Shown one piece after another: positions 11,028 through 21,047 of a stretch of DNA of 64,000 nt. The DNA comes from Caulobacteraceae bacterium (GTDB lineage: Bacteria > Pseudomonadota > Alphaproteobacteria > Caulobacterales > Caulobacteraceae). Every line of letters begins with the position of its first letter. The first letter of the stretch is position 1. The stretch spans positions 45,526 through 109,525 of the forward strand of contig DASVMY010000084.1 in NCBI GenBank assembly GCA_036384135.1. Reading direction: 5' to 3'. The position numbers and the translations under genes were made by a program. A model generated the notes under the pieces. That model did no database searches, was not told the DNA's origin, and was given only the letters and a program-made list of their open reading frames with translations.

Positions 11028-12133
11028 CAGACCACCCCGTAAACGCGCAGGCCGCCGATGATCGCCACCGCGATCCCGGAGATGGGCAGGAACACCTTCC
11101 AGCCCAGCCGCATCAGCTGGTCGTAGCGGTAGCGGGGCACGATGGCCTTGGCCATGGCGAACATGAAGAACCAGAAGATGATCTTGGCCCACAGGAAGAC
11201 CAGGCCGTGGAGGCTGGCCAGGGTGGGATTCCAGCCCTTCAGGTAGTCTTCCGGCCAGGGCGCGTGCCAGCCGCCGAAGAACAGGACGCTGATCATGGCG
11301 CACATCAGGATGATGTTCGCCAGCTCGCCGATCATGAACAGCAGGAAGGGCGAGGAGGAGTATTCCACCTGGTAGCCGGCCACCAGTTCCGACTCCGCCT
11401 CGGGCAGATCGAAGGGCGGGCGGTTGGTCTCCGCCAGGGCCGAGATGAAGAAGATCACCATCATCGGAACCATAACCGCCGTGGCCACCAGCGACTTGAA
11501 GCCGCCCGGTCCGCCGAAGACGTTCCAGTTCAGGAACCCGCCGCCCTGTTTCTCGACGATCGTCTGCAGGTTCATGGTGCCGCTGAGCAGGATCACGGTG
11601 ATGATCACGAAGCCGATGGAGACCTCGTAGCTGACCATCTGCGCCGCCGACCGCAGGCTGCCCAGGAACGGGTACTTCGAGTTCGAAGCCCAGCCGCCCA
11701 TGATGATCCCGTAGACCCCCAGCGAGGAGATCGCGAACAGGTACAGGATGCCGACGTTGATGTTGCTGACCACCCAGCCGGGGGCCATCGGGATCACCGC
11801 CCAGCCGATCAGGGCCAGGGCGAAGGTCACCAGCGGCGCCATCAGGAAGACGATCTTGTCCGCGCCGGCGGGGACGACGATTTCCTTGAGGATGAACTTC
11901 AACAGGTCGGCGAAGGACTGCAGCAGGCCGAACGGCCCGACCACATTGGGGCCCTTGCGCATCTGCACCCCGGCCCAGATCTTCCGGTCGCCGTACATGA
12001 AGAAGGCCAGCGACAGGAGCAGGCCGACGGTCACAACCAAAACTTGGACGATGTGAACGGCAGGCCAGTTAGCCCAGAAGGCGACGACGAAACCGTCCCA
12101 CCACCCACCAAGCCGCGAGAGGAAATCAGTCAT
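11027..12133 (-). CDS. nuoH: NADH-quinone oxidoreductase subunit H
   Basis: [43 protein letters not shown] and PRYRYDQLM motifs. Confidence 0.97.
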   Translation of the reverse strand: MTDFLSRLGGWWDGFVVAFWANWPAVHIVQVLVVTVGLLLSLAFFMYGDRKIWAGVQMRKGPNVVGPFGLLQSFADLLKFILKEIVVPAGADKIVFLMAPLVTFALALIGWAVIPMAPGWVVSNINVGILYLFAISSLGVYGIIMGGWASNSKYPFLGSLRSAAQMVSYEVSIGFVIITVILLSGTMNLQTIVEKQGGGFLNWNVFGGPGGFKSLVATAVMVPMMVIFFISALAETNRPPFDLPEAESELVAGYQVEYSSSPFLLFMIGELANIILMCAMISVLFFGGWHAPWPEDYLKGWNPTLASLHGLVFLWAKIIFWFFMFAMAKAIVPRYRYDQLMRLGWKVFLPISGIAVAIIGGLRVYGVV

Positions 12134-12136
12134 CCC

Positions 12137-14197
12137 CTACTCCGCCGCGATCTTGGCGGCGCCGGACGCCAGGGCCGCGCATTCGGCCATGGTCACGCTG
12201 GCGCGCGCGATGGGGTTGGTCAGGTGGAAAGCCCTCACCGGGCTGGCGAAGGGCGCGTCCGACAACTCGCCGGCGGCGCCCAGGCCGCCCAAATCCAGGC
12301 CGGCCACAATGGAACCCGGCGCATGGTCGATCTGGCCGAAGGTCGGGTGGTCGGCGAACAGCTTGGCGCGCAGTTGGTCCAGGGTGTCGTAGGGCAGCGT
12401 CGCCCCCAGGCGATCCGACAGGGCCCGAAGAATGGCCCAGTCTTCCTTGGCCTCGCCCTTGGGGAAGGACGCCCGCTCGCCGCGCTGCACCCGTCCCTCG
12501 GTGTTCACATAGAGGCCGGCCTTTTCGGTATAGGCCGCGCCCGGCAGGATCACGTCGGCCCGGTGCGCCCCGGCGTCGCCGTGGGTGCCCAGATAGACCA
12601 CGAAGGCGTCGCTGCCGCTGACGTCGATCTCGTCGGCGCCCAGTAGCAAGAGCACGTCCAGCGCGCCCTTCTGGACCATTTCGGCGGCGGTCTTGCCGCC
12701 CTCGCTGGGCACGAAGCCCAGGTCCAGGCCGCCGACCCGCGCCGCGGCCGTGTGCAGCACGTTCCAGCCGTTCCAGCCCTCGCGCACCACGCCGAAAGCC
12801 TTGGCCACATCCGCCGCCGCCTTCAGCACCGCCGCGCCGTCCGCCCGTGTCAGGGCGCCCTGGCCGATGATGATGGCCGGGGTCTTGGCGTCCTTGAGCG
12901 CCTTGGCGAAGTCACCCTTGTCCTTGGCCAGGCCGGTCAGGCTCGAAGCCCCCGCGCCCAGGTAGTCATAGCCGAAGGTCAGGTCCGCCTGTTCGCCGAT
13001 GACGCCGAACCGGGTCTTGCCGGCCAGCCACTGCTTGCGGAAGCGGGCGTTCAGCACCGCCGCCTCGACGCGCGGGTTGGTCCCCACCAGCAGCACCATG
13101 TCGGCGCGCTCGATCCCGGCCAGGGTGGAGTTGAAGAGCCAGCTTTCCCGCGGCCCGGCGCCCAGAGCCGTTCCGTCCTGCCGGCAGTCCAGGTTCGCGA
13201 CCCCGTTGCCGCCGAACAGGTCGAGCGCCGCCTTCATCGATTCGGCGTCCTGCAGGTCGCCGGCGATCACCCCGACGCGATCGGCGCTGGTCGCCTTGAT
13301 CTTCTCGGCCACTGCCGCCAGGGCCTCGTTCCAGGTAGCCGGCTTCAGCTTGCCGCCGACGCGGACGAAGGGCTGGTCCAGGCGCTGGCGGCCAAGGCCG
13401 TCGCAGGCGTAGCGGGTCTTGTCGGAGATCCACTCCTCATTGATCTCTTCATTGGTGCGCGGCAGCACCCGCAGCACCGCCGGCCCACGCGCGTCAACGC
13501 GGATGGCGCTGCCCAGGGCGTCCATCACATCGATGCTCTCGGTCTTGGTCAGTTCCCAGGGCCGGGCGTTGAAGGCGTAGGGCTTGGAGGTCAGGGCGCC
13601 AACCGGGCAGAGGTCGATGACATTGGCCGACAGCTCGCTGGCCACGGCCTTGTCCAGGTAGGTGGTGATCTCCACATCCTCGCCGCGGCTGATCAGGCCG
13701 ATGTCCGGCACGCCGGCGATCTCGGTGACGAAGCGCACACAGCGGGTGCATTGGATGCAGCGGGTCATCACCGTCTTGATCAGCGGACCCATGTACTTCT
13801 CTTCGACCGCCCGCTTGTTCTCCTCATAGCGGGTGTCGTCGCGGCCGTAGCCCATCGACTGGTCCTGCAGATCGCACTCGCCGCCCTGGTCGCAGATCGG
13901 GCAGTCCAGCGGGTGGTTGATCAGCAGGAACTCCATCACCCCCTTGCGGGCCTTTTCGACCATCGGGGTGTTGGTGAAGATCTCCTGGTTGTCGGCGGCC
14001 GGCAGGGCGCAACTGGCCTGCGGCTTGGGCGGACCGGGTTTCACCTCCACTAGGCACATGCGGCAATTGCCGGCGATGGAAAGGCGTTCGTGGTAGCAGA
14101 ACCGGGGGATTTCCTCCCCCGCCAGTTCGGCGACCTGCAGAACGGTCATGCCGTTCTCGAATTCGATCTCGACGCCGTTGACCTTGGCCTTGGGCAT
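12137..14197 (-). CDS. nuoG: NADH-quinone oxidoreductase subunit G
   Basis: CYHERLSIAGNCRMC, HPLDCPICDQGGECDLQ and CIQCTRCVRF motifs. Confidence 0.97.
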   Translation of the reverse strand: MPKAKVNGVEIEFENGMTVLQVAELAGEEIPRFCYHERLSIAGNCRMCLVEVKPGPPKPQASCALPAADNQEIFTNTPMVEKARKGVMEFLLINHPLDCPICDQGGECDLQDQSMGYGRDDTRYEENKRAVEEKYMGPLIKTVMTRCIQCTRCVRFVTEIAGVPDIGLISRGEDVEITTYLDKAVASELSANVIDLCPVGALTSKPYAFNARPWELTKTESIDVMDALGSAIRVDARGPAVLRVLPRTNEEINEEWISDKTRYACDGLGRQRLDQPFVRVGGKLKPATWNEALAAVAEKIKATSADRVGVIAGDLQDAESMKAALDLFGGNGVANLDCRQDGTALGAGPRESWLFNSTLAGIERADMVLLVGTNPRVEAAVLNARFRKQWLAGKTRFGVIGEQADLTFGYDYLGAGASSLTGLAKDKGDFAKALKDAKTPAIIIGQGALTRADGAAVLKAAADVAKAFGVVREGWNGWNVLHTAAARVGGLDLGFVPSEGGKTAAEMVQKGALDVLLLLGADEIDVSGSDAFVVYLGTHGDAGAHRADVILPGAAYTEKAGLYVNTEGRVQRGERASFPKGEAKEDWAILRALSDRLGATLPYDTLDQLRAKLFADHPTFGQIDHAPGSIVAGLDLGGLGAAGELSDAPFASPVRAFHLTNPIARASVTMAECAALASGAAKIAAE

Positions 14198-14203
14198 GCG
14201 CGG

Positions 14204-14596
14204 CTACTCGTCGTCCTTGCGGCAAATCGGGGCGGGTTGATTCAGCGCCTGGGCGATAACGCGTCTTAGCCGACAGGAATAGCGTTTTTCGTAGGTTCCC
14301 TCGGCTTGAAGGTAACGAATCGCCGGGGCGTTGCACTTGATGCGCTCCTTGATCAGGAACGCCCACCGTTCATCCTTCGGCGCCATCTGCAGAATCTGCT
14401 CGGAGGTGGTGATCAGCATGTAGCCATAGGCGGTGTAGCGGTCCTGATAGCTGCCGCCGTTCACCGAGCGCGGGTCGGTGGTCGAGAGCAGCTTCCTGAA
14501 CTTCTCTTCGGTGTTCGGACAGGCCAGTTCGGGATTGGCCAGGGTGGCCTGGTTGAGGACGTTGCCGGAGATGTCGGTGTCTTGGTTGTCGGTCAT
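14204..14596 (-). CDS. Hypothetical protein (130 aa, 4 Cys) inserted between nuoF and nuoG
   Basis: Open frame MTDNQDTD...CRKDDE with a G-rich RBS upstream and a stop 6 nt before the nuoG ATG. Visibly more A/T-rich than its neighbours. An alternative in-frame start exists at 14827. Confidence 0.6.
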   Translation of the reverse strand: MTDNQDTDISGNVLNQATLANPELACPNTEEKFRKLLSTTDPRSVNGGSYQDRYTAYGYMLITTSEQILQMAPKDERWAFLIKERIKCNAPAIRYLQAEGTYEKRYSCRLRRVIAQALNQPAPICRKDDE

Positions 14597-14654
14597 GGCT
14601 GATTGCCCCCGGAGCCGAATACGAGGGATTTTCTGAGCCAGATCAACCTCCCAC

Positions 14655-14773
14655 ACCCGCTCATCCCGACGAACGTCGGGACCCAGAGGCGCGCTGCGGT
14701 TCACCAGAACGCCAACGAATTCTGGTGGTGGAGAGGCCAACCTGGGTCCCGACGTTCGTCGGGATGAGCGGGT
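14655..14773. repeat. Palindromic intergenic repeat element (subfamily A)
   Basis: Perfect 31-bp inverted arms CCCGCTCATCCCGACGAACGTCGGGACCCAG (14656-14686) and its reverse complement (14742-14772). Inner hairpin CACCAGAA/TTCTGGTG. Confidence 0.9.
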
Positions 14774-14830
14774 AAGGGGGGAGTGGGAAAGTTCTATCGG
14801 TCCGCCGCGCAAGTCAGCGGCCACCATGCC

Positions 14831-16147
14831 CTACTCCGCCGCCACCAGCGTCGCGCCCTGCACGTGCGGCTTCCTGGAGCGGTAGTTGGCGATGCGCTCT
14901 TCGACCTCGTGGCGGAAGTGGCGGAACAGGCCCTGGATCGGCCAGGCGGCGGCGTCGCCCAGGCCGCAGATGGTGTGGCCTTCCACCTGGCTGGCCACGT
15001 CCAGCAGCATGTCGATCTCTTTGGGGTCAGCCTCGCCGGTGACCATCCGCTCCATGATCCGCCACATCCAGCCGGTGCCTTCGCGGCACGGGGTGCACTG
15101 GCCGCAGCTCTCGTGCTTGTAGAAGTAGCTGAGGCGGGCGATGGCGCGGATCAGGTCGGTGTCCTTGTCCATGACGATCATGGCCGCGGTGCCAAGGCCG
15201 CTCTTCAGCTGGGCCAGGCTGTCGAACTCCATCAGCGCCGTCTCGGCCTCCTCGGCCGGGATCATCCGCACCGAGCTGCCGCCGGGGATGATGGCCTTGA
15301 GGTTGCTCCAGCCGCCGCGCACGCCGCCGAAGTGCTCTTCGATCAGCTGGCGCATGGGGATCGACATCGCCTCCTCGACTACGCAGGGCTTCATCACGTG
15401 GCCGGACGCGCTCATCAGCTTGGTGCCGGTGTTGTTGGGCCGGCCGAACTTGACGAACCAGTCGGCCCCGCGACGCAGGATCTCCGGCGCCACCGAGATC
15501 GACTCGACATTGTTCACCGTGGTGGGGCAGCCATAGACCCCGGCGCCGGCGGGGAACGGGGGCTTCAGCCGCGGCTGGCCCTTCTTGCCCTCCAGGCTTT
15601 CCAGTAGCGCCATCTCGTCGCCGCAGATATAGGCCCCGCCGCCGTGGGTGACGCGGATCTCGCAGTCCCAGCCCAGCTTGGAGCCCTTGCCGATCAGGCC
15701 GGCCTGCGTGGCCTGGACGATGGCCGCCTCGAGATGCTCGCGCTCCAGCACATATTCGCCGCGGATATAGATGAAGCAGTCGTGCGCCCGGATCGCCCGG
15801 CACGCCACCAGGCAGCCTTCCAGCAGCCGGTGCGGGTCGTACCGCATGATCTCGCGGTCCTTGCAGGTGCCCGGCTCCGACTCGTCGGCGTTGACCACCA
15901 GATAGTGCGGCCGCTCGCCCTCCTGCTTGGGCATGAAGGTCCACTTCAGGCCCGTGGAGAAGCCAGCCCCGCCACGGCCGCGCAGGCCGGAGTTCTTGAT
16001 CTGCTCGCAGAGCCACTCCGGCTCCATGGCCAGCATCTCGGCCGTGCCGTTCCAGATCCCGCGCTGCTTCGCCCCTTCCAGACCCCAGTCGTGGAGCCCG
16101 TACAGGTTGGTGAAGATGCGATCCTTGTCTTCGAGAATGCCGACCAT
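14831..16147 (-). CDS. nuoF: NADH-quinone oxidoreductase subunit F
   Basis: [23 protein letters not shown] and [13 protein letters not shown] motifs. Start placed at [12 protein letters not shown]. Confidence 0.97.
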   Translation of the reverse strand: MVGILEDKDRIFTNLYGLHDWGLEGAKQRGIWNGTAEMLAMEPEWLCEQIKNSGLRGRGGAGFSTGLKWTFMPKQEGERPHYLVVNADESEPGTCKDREIMRYDPHRLLEGCLVACRAIRAHDCFIYIRGEYVLEREHLEAAIVQATQAGLIGKGSKLGWDCEIRVTHGGGAYICGDEMALLESLEGKKGQPRLKPPFPAGAGVYGCPTTVNNVESISVAPEILRRGADWFVKFGRPNNTGTKLMSASGHVMKPCVVEEAMSIPMRQLIEEHFGGVRGGWSNLKAIIPGGSSVRMIPAEEAETALMEFDSLAQLKSGLGTAAMIVMDKDTDLIRAIARLSYFYKHESCGQCTPCREGTGWMWRIMERMVTGEADPKEIDMLLDVASQVEGHTICGLGDAAAWPIQGLFRHFRHEVEERIANYRSRKPHVQGATLVAAE

Positions 16148-16149
16148 GC

Positions 16150-16443
16150 TTAAACCGTTGGGCTCTGACCGCTGGGGTCGAAGGGATGGGTGCGCACCCA
16201 CTGGGTGCGGCGAAAGATGACATAGGTGAACAGGACCCAGCCGACGGCGATAGTGCCCGCCCCGACCCAGATCAGCCAGTGCGGGGCGCCGGCGCGGAAC
16301 CGGCCCGCCACCAGCACCAACACGCCCAGCAGGCAGATCACCAGCCCCGCCGTCTGCTCGCGGCGGTAGGCCCCGCGATAGGCGTCCAGATAGGCCATGC
16401 GGCGTTTCAGGATATCGGCTTCGTCGCCCATGTCCGAGGTCAC
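16150..16443 (-). CDS. Small 2-TM membrane protein inserted between nuoE and nuoF
   Basis: Two hydrophobic segments ([15 protein letters not shown] and [22 protein letters not shown]). A GTG start overlaps the upstream TGA (GTGA); alternative ATG at 16431. Confidence 0.65.
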   Translation of the reverse strand: MTSDMGDEADILKRRMAYLDAYRGAYRREQTAGLVICLLGVLVLVAGRFRAGAPHWLIWVGAGTIAVGWVLFTYVIFRRTQWVRTHPFDPSGQSPTV

Positions 16444-16649
16444 GGCTGCGCCCGCCCCTTCAGGAAGCCGACGATCAGCCAGGTTTGTGCGCCGAAGCCG
16501 ATGACCAGGGCGGCGACGAACATCCAGTTCATCCAGTCGATATGGAACACCAGCCCGCCCACGATCCCCGCCACGGCCGCCAGGGCGCAGACCCCGTTGA
16601 TGGCCAGGGTGGTGAAGAGGCGGCGCTGCTGGACCGCGACATCGCTCAC
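16440..16649 (-). CDS. Small 2-TM membrane protein (69 aa) inserted between nuoE and nuoF
   Basis: Two hydrophobic helices, a G-rich RBS before the GTG start, and a stop overlapping the next start. Confidence 0.65.
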   Translation of the reverse strand: MSDVAVQQRRLFTTLAINGVCALAAVAGIVGGLVFHIDWMNWMFVAALVIGFGAQTWLIVGFLKGRAQP

Positions 16650-16659
16650 CCCCCCTACT

Positions 16660-16792
16660 CCCGCTCATCCCGGCGAAAGCCGGGACCCAGGGTGGCGGTG
16701 CGTTCAACCAGAACTCTCACCGCGGGAAACCCGCAACGCTCCGGAAGGCCGAGAGGCTTCCCTGGGTCCCGGCTTTCGCCGGGATGAGCGGG
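16660..16792. repeat. Palindromic intergenic repeat element (subfamily A)
   Basis: Perfect 33-bp inverted arms CCCGCTCATCCCGGCGAAAGCCGGGACCCAGGG (16660-16692) and 16760-16792. Homologous to 14655-14773. Confidence 0.9.
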
Positions 16793-16806
16793 TGTTTGGG
16801 TGTGGG

Positions 16807-17484
16807 TCACGCCACCGGTTCCTTCGGTTTCGGCGCAGGCGCGTTGGGCAAGCTCTTGATCGGCTTGGCGGCCGAGCCGTCATAGAGCTTCGGATCGGTG
16901 AGGGTCAGGGGCCCGCCCTCCGGCGCGGCGCCCTGGCGGCCGATGTAGGAGCCCTTCTCCGGTTTCTTGCCGGCGGCGAAGTCGGCCAGGATTTGGGTCA
17001 GGATCGCCGGCGACAGGTCGTCGTAATAGTAGTCGTTGATGGCCGCCATGGGGGCGTGGGTGCAGGCGCCCAGGCACTCCACCTCTTCCCACGAGAACTT
17101 GCCGTCTTTGGAGACATGGTTCTTGGGCCCGATCTTGTCGATCAGCACCTTTTCCAGGTCCTTGGCGCCGCGCAGCATGCAGGGGGTGGTGCCGCAGAGC
17201 TGCACGAAGGCCACCTTCCCCACCGGCTCCAGCTGGAACATGACGTAGAAGGTGACGACCTCGAACACCCGGATCACCGCCATGCCCAGCATCTCGGCGA
17301 TGACGCGCAGAGCCGGCTCGCACACCCAGCCCTCCTGCTTCTGCACCAGCCACAGCAGCGGGATCACCGCCGACTGCTGGCGGCCAGCCGGGTATTTGGC
17401 GATCCACCAATTGGCCTTCTCCAGGGACTCCGGCGTGAAAGCGAAGGAGGCGGGCTGTTCTTTGGCGAGACGGCGAACGCTCAC
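16807..17484 (-). CDS. nuoE: NADH-quinone oxidoreductase subunit E
   Basis: QSAVIPLL, CGTTPCMLRG and ECLGAC 2Fe-2S ligands. Confidence 0.97.
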   Translation of the reverse strand: MSVRRLAKEQPASFAFTPESLEKANWWIAKYPAGRQQSAVIPLLWLVQKQEGWVCEPALRVIAEMLGMAVIRVFEVVTFYVMFQLEPVGKVAFVQLCGTTPCMLRGAKDLEKVLIDKIGPKNHVSKDGKFSWEEVECLGACTHAPMAAINDYYYDDLSPAILTQILADFAAGKKPEKGSYIGRQGAAPEGGPLTLTDPKLYDGSAAKPIKSLPNAPAPKPKEPVA

Positions 17485-17500
17485 GAATATCCCTCTTTTT

Positions 17501-17600
17501 CTGTCATCCCGGCCGAAGCGCAGCGGAGAGCCGGGACCGCCGCAAACGCCAGCGCCTGCCGCGGTCCCGGATAAGCGCTCCGCGCTTTCCGGGATGACAG
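17501..17600. repeat. Palindromic intergenic repeat element (subfamily B)
   Basis: 12-bp terminal inverted repeat CTGTCATCCCGG / CCGGGATGACAG with internal hairpins. Homologous to 40-167. Confidence 0.85.
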
Positions 17601-17611
17601 GGCGTGGGTGC

Positions 17612-18877
17612 TCAACGGTCGATCTCCCCGAACACGATATCCAGGCTGCCGAGGATGGCGCTGACGTCGGCCAGCATGTGGCCCCGGTTCATCCAGTCCA
17701 TGGCCGCCAGGTGCGGGAAGCCCGGCGCACGAATCTTGCAGCGGTACGGCTTGTTGGTCCCGTCGGCGACCAGGTAGACGCCGAACTCGCCCTTGGGCGC
17801 CTCGACGGCCGCATAGACCTCGCCGGTGGGGACGTGGAAGCCCTCGGTATAGAGCTTGAAGTGGTGGATCAGCGCTTCCATCGAGCGCTTCATCTCGCCC
17901 CGGCGCGGCGGGCTGACCTTATGGTCGTCGCTCAGCGCCAGGCCCGGGGTCTTCTTCAGCCGCTCGGTGCACTGCAGGATGATCCGCACCGACTGGCGCA
18001 TCTCCTCCATCCGGCACAGGTAGCGGTCGTAACAGTCGCCGTTGACGCCCAGCGGGATGTCGAACTCGAGCTGGTCATAGCACTCATAGGGCTGGTTGCG
18101 GCGCAGGTCCCAGGCGATGCCCGAGCCGCGGATCATCACCCCGGTGAAGCCCCAGTCGATGGCCTGCTGCTTACTGACCACGCCGATGTCGACGTTGCGC
18201 TGCTTGAAGATGCGGTTGCCGGTGATCAGCTTGTCGATGTCGGCCAGGGGGCGAGCAAAGTTGATCGCCCAGTCCTCGATGTCCTGCACCAGCTCCGGCG
18301 GCAGGTCCTGGCGCACGCCGCCGGGGCGGAAGTAGTTGGCGTGCATCCGCGCGCCGGACGCCCGCTCATAGAACACGAACAGCTTTTCGCGTTCCTCGAA
18401 GCCCCACAGCGGCGGGGTGAGCGCGCCCACGTCCATGGCCTGGGTGGTGACGTTCAGCAGGTGGTTCAGCACCCGGCCGATCTCGTTGTACATCACCCGG
18501 ATCAGCTGGCCGCGGATAGGCACTTCCAGGCCCATCAGCTTTTCGATGGCCATGACGAAGGCGTGCTCCTGGTTCATCGGAGCGACGTAGTCCAGGCGGT
18601 CGAAATAGGGCGTGTTCTGGGTGTAGGGCCGCGACTCCATCAGCTTTTCGGTGCCGCGGTGCAGTAGGCCGATGTGCGGGTCCACCCGCTCCACCAACTC
18701 GCCGTCCAGCTCCAGCACCAGGCGCAGAACACCATGCGCGGCAGGGTGTTGCGGGCCAAAGTTGATGTTGAATTTGCGGACCGGCGTCTCCGGGATCGAG
18801 CCGTCGAGCGGCTTGCCCTCGGGCGGTGTACGCTCGAAGATATCGGTGGATTCGGCGGGTGCGTTGGTGCCCGTCAT
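17612..18877 (-). CDS. nuoD: NADH-quinone oxidoreductase subunit D
   Basis: [25 protein letters not shown] and DIVFGEIDR motifs. Confidence 0.97.
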   Translation of the reverse strand: MTGTNAPAESTDIFERTPPEGKPLDGSIPETPVRKFNINFGPQHPAAHGVLRLVLELDGELVERVDPHIGLLHRGTEKLMESRPYTQNTPYFDRLDYVAPMNQEHAFVMAIEKLMGLEVPIRGQLIRVMYNEIGRVLNHLLNVTTQAMDVGALTPPLWGFEEREKLFVFYERASGARMHANYFRPGGVRQDLPPELVQDIEDWAINFARPLADIDKLITGNRIFKQRNVDIGVVSKQQAIDWGFTGVMIRGSGIAWDLRRNQPYECYDQLEFDIPLGVNGDCYDRYLCRMEEMRQSVRIILQCTERLKKTPGLALSDDHKVSPPRRGEMKRSMEALIHHFKLYTEGFHVPTGEVYAAVEAPKGEFGVYLVADGTNKPYRCKIRAPGFPHLAAMDWMNRGHMLADVSAILGSLDIVFGEIDR

Positions 18878-19521
18878 ACCGGCTTCTCCGCCTTCTCATC
18901 GCCTGGCAGCTGGTAGGGATAGCCTTCGCCGGGCTTGGCGTATTCGGCGCCTTCCCAGGGCGAGAGGAAGTCCCAGGACCGGAACTCCACCGACTTCACA
19001 GGCTCATAGACCACCCGCTTGAGCTCGTCGTCGTAGCGGACCTCGACATACCCCGTCATGGGGAAGTCCTTGCGCATGGGATGGCCGTGGAAGCCGTAGT
19101 CGGTGAGGATCCGGCGAAGATCCGGGTGGCCCTCGAAGAAGATACCGTACATGTCGAAGGCTTCGCGCTCGAACCAGTCGGCCACGGGGAAAACGCTGAC
19201 CACGCTGGGCACGGCGGTATCCTCGTCGGTCTCGATCTTCAGCCGGATGCGGCGGTTCTTGGTCATCGACAGCAGGTGATAGACTACGTCGAAGCGCAGG
19301 GGCCGTTGCGGGTAGTCCACGCCGCACAGGTCGATCAGCTGGTGGAACTGGAACTCGGGGTTGTCGCGCAGATTGGTCAGGGCGTCGATGATCCGCGCCG
19401 CCGGGGCGGTCACCGTCAGCTCGCCGTACGCGATGCTGTAGCCGCGGATGGCGCCGGCCGAATTGGCCACCACGGCCGCGCCCAGGGCCTCGAGTTCGTC
19501 TTGGGTCGCCGGCCAGCTCAT
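18874..19521 (-). CDS. nuoC: NADH-quinone oxidoreductase subunit C
   Basis: [11 protein letters not shown] and [19 protein letters not shown] motifs. Confidence 0.97.
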   Translation of the reverse strand: MSWPATQDELEALGAAVVANSAGAIRGYSIAYGELTVTAPAARIIDALTNLRDNPEFQFHQLIDLCGVDYPQRPLRFDVVYHLLSMTKNRRIRLKIETDEDTAVPSVVSVFPVADWFEREAFDMYGIFFEGHPDLRRILTDYGFHGHPMRKDFPMTGYVEVRYDDELKRVVYEPVKSVEFRSWDFLSPWEGAEYAKPGEGYPYQLPGDEKAEKPV

Positions 19522-20087
19522 CGTTCAATATTCCCGGTGCGGCGGATCTTCTTCTGCAGCTGCAGCACGCCATAGACCAGGGCTTCCGCCGTCGGCGGGC
19601 AACCGGGCACATAGATGTCCACCGGCACGATCCGGTCGCAGCCGCGCACCACCGAATAGCTGAAGTAGTAGTAGCCGCCGCCGTTGGCGCAGCTGCCCAT
19701 GGAGATCACGTAGCGGGGCTCCGGCATCTGGTCGTAGACCTTGCGCAGAGCCGGGGCCATCTTGTTGGTCAGGGTGCCGGCGACGATCATCACGTCGCTC
19801 TGGCGCGGGCTGGCGCGCGGCGCGAAGCCATACCGCTCCAGGTCATAGCGCGGCATGGAGGCGTGCATCATCTCCACCGCGCAGCAAGCCAGGCCGAAGG
19901 TCATCCACATCAGCGAACCGGTGCGCGCCCAGGTGATCAGGTCGTCGGCGGCGGCGGTGACGAAGCCCTTGTCGGCCAGCTGGGCGTTGACCCCGTCGAA
20001 ATAGGGATCGTGCGCCTTGGGGTCATAGCCCTCGACGGTCGCGCGCGCGGCGGACCCGGCCGGTGCGGGCGGAATGATTACTCCCAT
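19518..20087 (-). CDS. nuoB: NADH-quinone oxidoreductase subunit B
   Basis: [17 protein letters not shown] and VPGCPP motifs. Start at MGVIIP overlaps the nuoA end. Confidence 0.96.
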   Translation of the reverse strand: MGVIIPPAPAGSAARATVEGYDPKAHDPYFDGVNAQLADKGFVTAAADDLITWARTGSLMWMTFGLACCAVEMMHASMPRYDLERYGFAPRASPRQSDVMIVAGTLTNKMAPALRKVYDQMPEPRYVISMGSCANGGGYYYFSYSVVRGCDRIVPVDIYVPGCPPTAEALVYGVLQLQKKIRRTGNIER

Positions 20088-20455
20088 TCCAGGGCTCCCT
20101 TCTTCCACTCGTAGACAAAGCCCACGGTCAGCACGAGCAGGAAGCTGATCATGCTCCAGAAGGCGTAGACCCCCACCTCGTGCGGCATCTTCATCAGGCT
20201 CACCGCCCAGGGGAACAGGAACGCCACCTCCAGGTCGAAGATGATGAACAGGATCGAGACCAGATAGAACCGCACGTCGAACTTCATCCGCGCGTCGTCG
20301 AAGGCGTTGAAGCCGCACTCGTAGGACGACAGCTTTTCGGGATCCGGCGCGGTGGGCGCGAACAGCCAGGAGGCGACGTAGAAAACAATGCCGATCAGGC
20401 TGGATAGGCCCAGGAAGATCACGATCGGCAGGTACTGCAGCAGGAAGGCGTTCAT
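20078..20455 (-). CDS. nuoA: NADH-quinone oxidoreductase subunit A
   Basis: [23 protein letters not shown] and WKKGALEW motifs. Confidence 0.97.
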   Translation of the reverse strand: MNAFLLQYLPIVIFLGLSSLIGIVFYVASWLFAPTAPDPEKLSSYECGFNAFDDARMKFDVRFYLVSILFIIFDLEVAFLFPWAVSLMKMPHEVGVYAFWSMISFLLVLTVGFVYEWKKGALEWE

Positions 20456-20481
20456 GCGCGGCCTCGAAGGGAGTCGCGGCT

Positions 20482-20510
20482 CTTCTAGACCAAGGGTCCG
20501 CTGGGTTCAA
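20482..20510 (-). promoter_or_regulatory. Candidate sigma70 promoter of the nuo operon
   Basis: TTGAAC-N17-TAGAAG on the minus strand upstream of nuoA. Confidence 0.4.
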
Positions 20511-20665
20511 ACGCCATGGCGGCTTCCGTTCCAATGTTCTGCGAGGACCTGAACGGTGGGTCAATCGCCGGGCAAAGCGTGGCCGGACCGCGCCACGAAC
20601 GGTCCTTTCGCCTCAGCGATAGCGGCGATCGCTGTCCAGGACCAAGCGTCGCACGAAGTGGACGG

Positions 20666-20694
20666 TTGACGCGGCGGCCCGCCGGACCTATCAG
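20666..20694 (+). promoter_or_regulatory. Candidate sigma70 promoter of tRNA-Asp
   Basis: TTGACG-N17-TATCAG about 40 nt upstream of the tRNA. Confidence 0.6.
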
Positions 20695-20734
20695 ACGCCC
20701 CTCGCGCCGCCGGGCTTGCCCTGCGGAGCCGTAC

Positions 20735-20811
<77 letters not shown>

Positions 20812-20838
20812 CTTTCCAGCGCATTGTCAGGTCATATC

Positions 20839-20863
20839 GGAACAGGCGCCCAGGCCCCGCGTT
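20839..20863 (+). promoter_or_regulatory. EcfG/sigma-T general stress response promoter motif
   Basis: Exact GGAAC-N16-CGTT ending 11 nt before the ATG at 20875. Confidence 0.65.
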
Positions 20864-20874
20864 TCCGAACCGCG

Positions 20875-21042
20875 ATGCCCGTTCAGCCGCCCGCCGATCC
20901 GCCGCCGGTGATTCCCGGCCAGGATCCGATCCCGCCCGACGCTCCGCCGGAGTCCCCGCCCGATTCAACACCGCCGGAGTTTCCGCCTACTACGCCGCCG
21001 GTGGAGTTTCCGGACCGGCCAATGGGCTCTGCGGCGGGTTAG
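20875..21042 (+). CDS. Proline-rich microprotein (55 aa)
   Basis: MPVQPPADPPPVIPGQDPIPPDAPPESPP...; fills the gap between the tRNA and the K+ channel gene and has an upstream ECF promoter motif. Confidence 0.55.
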   Translation: MPVQPPADPPPVIPGQDPIPPDAPPESPPDSTPPEFPPTTPPVEFPDRPMGSAAG

Positions 21043-21047
21043 CCCCC

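Noticed and set aside
16444-16707. 5' extension of the 16150 ORF (MNAPPPWVPAFAGMS...)
   Set aside because: The peptide is a translation of the palindromic repeat arm and overlaps the better-supported 69-aa gene.
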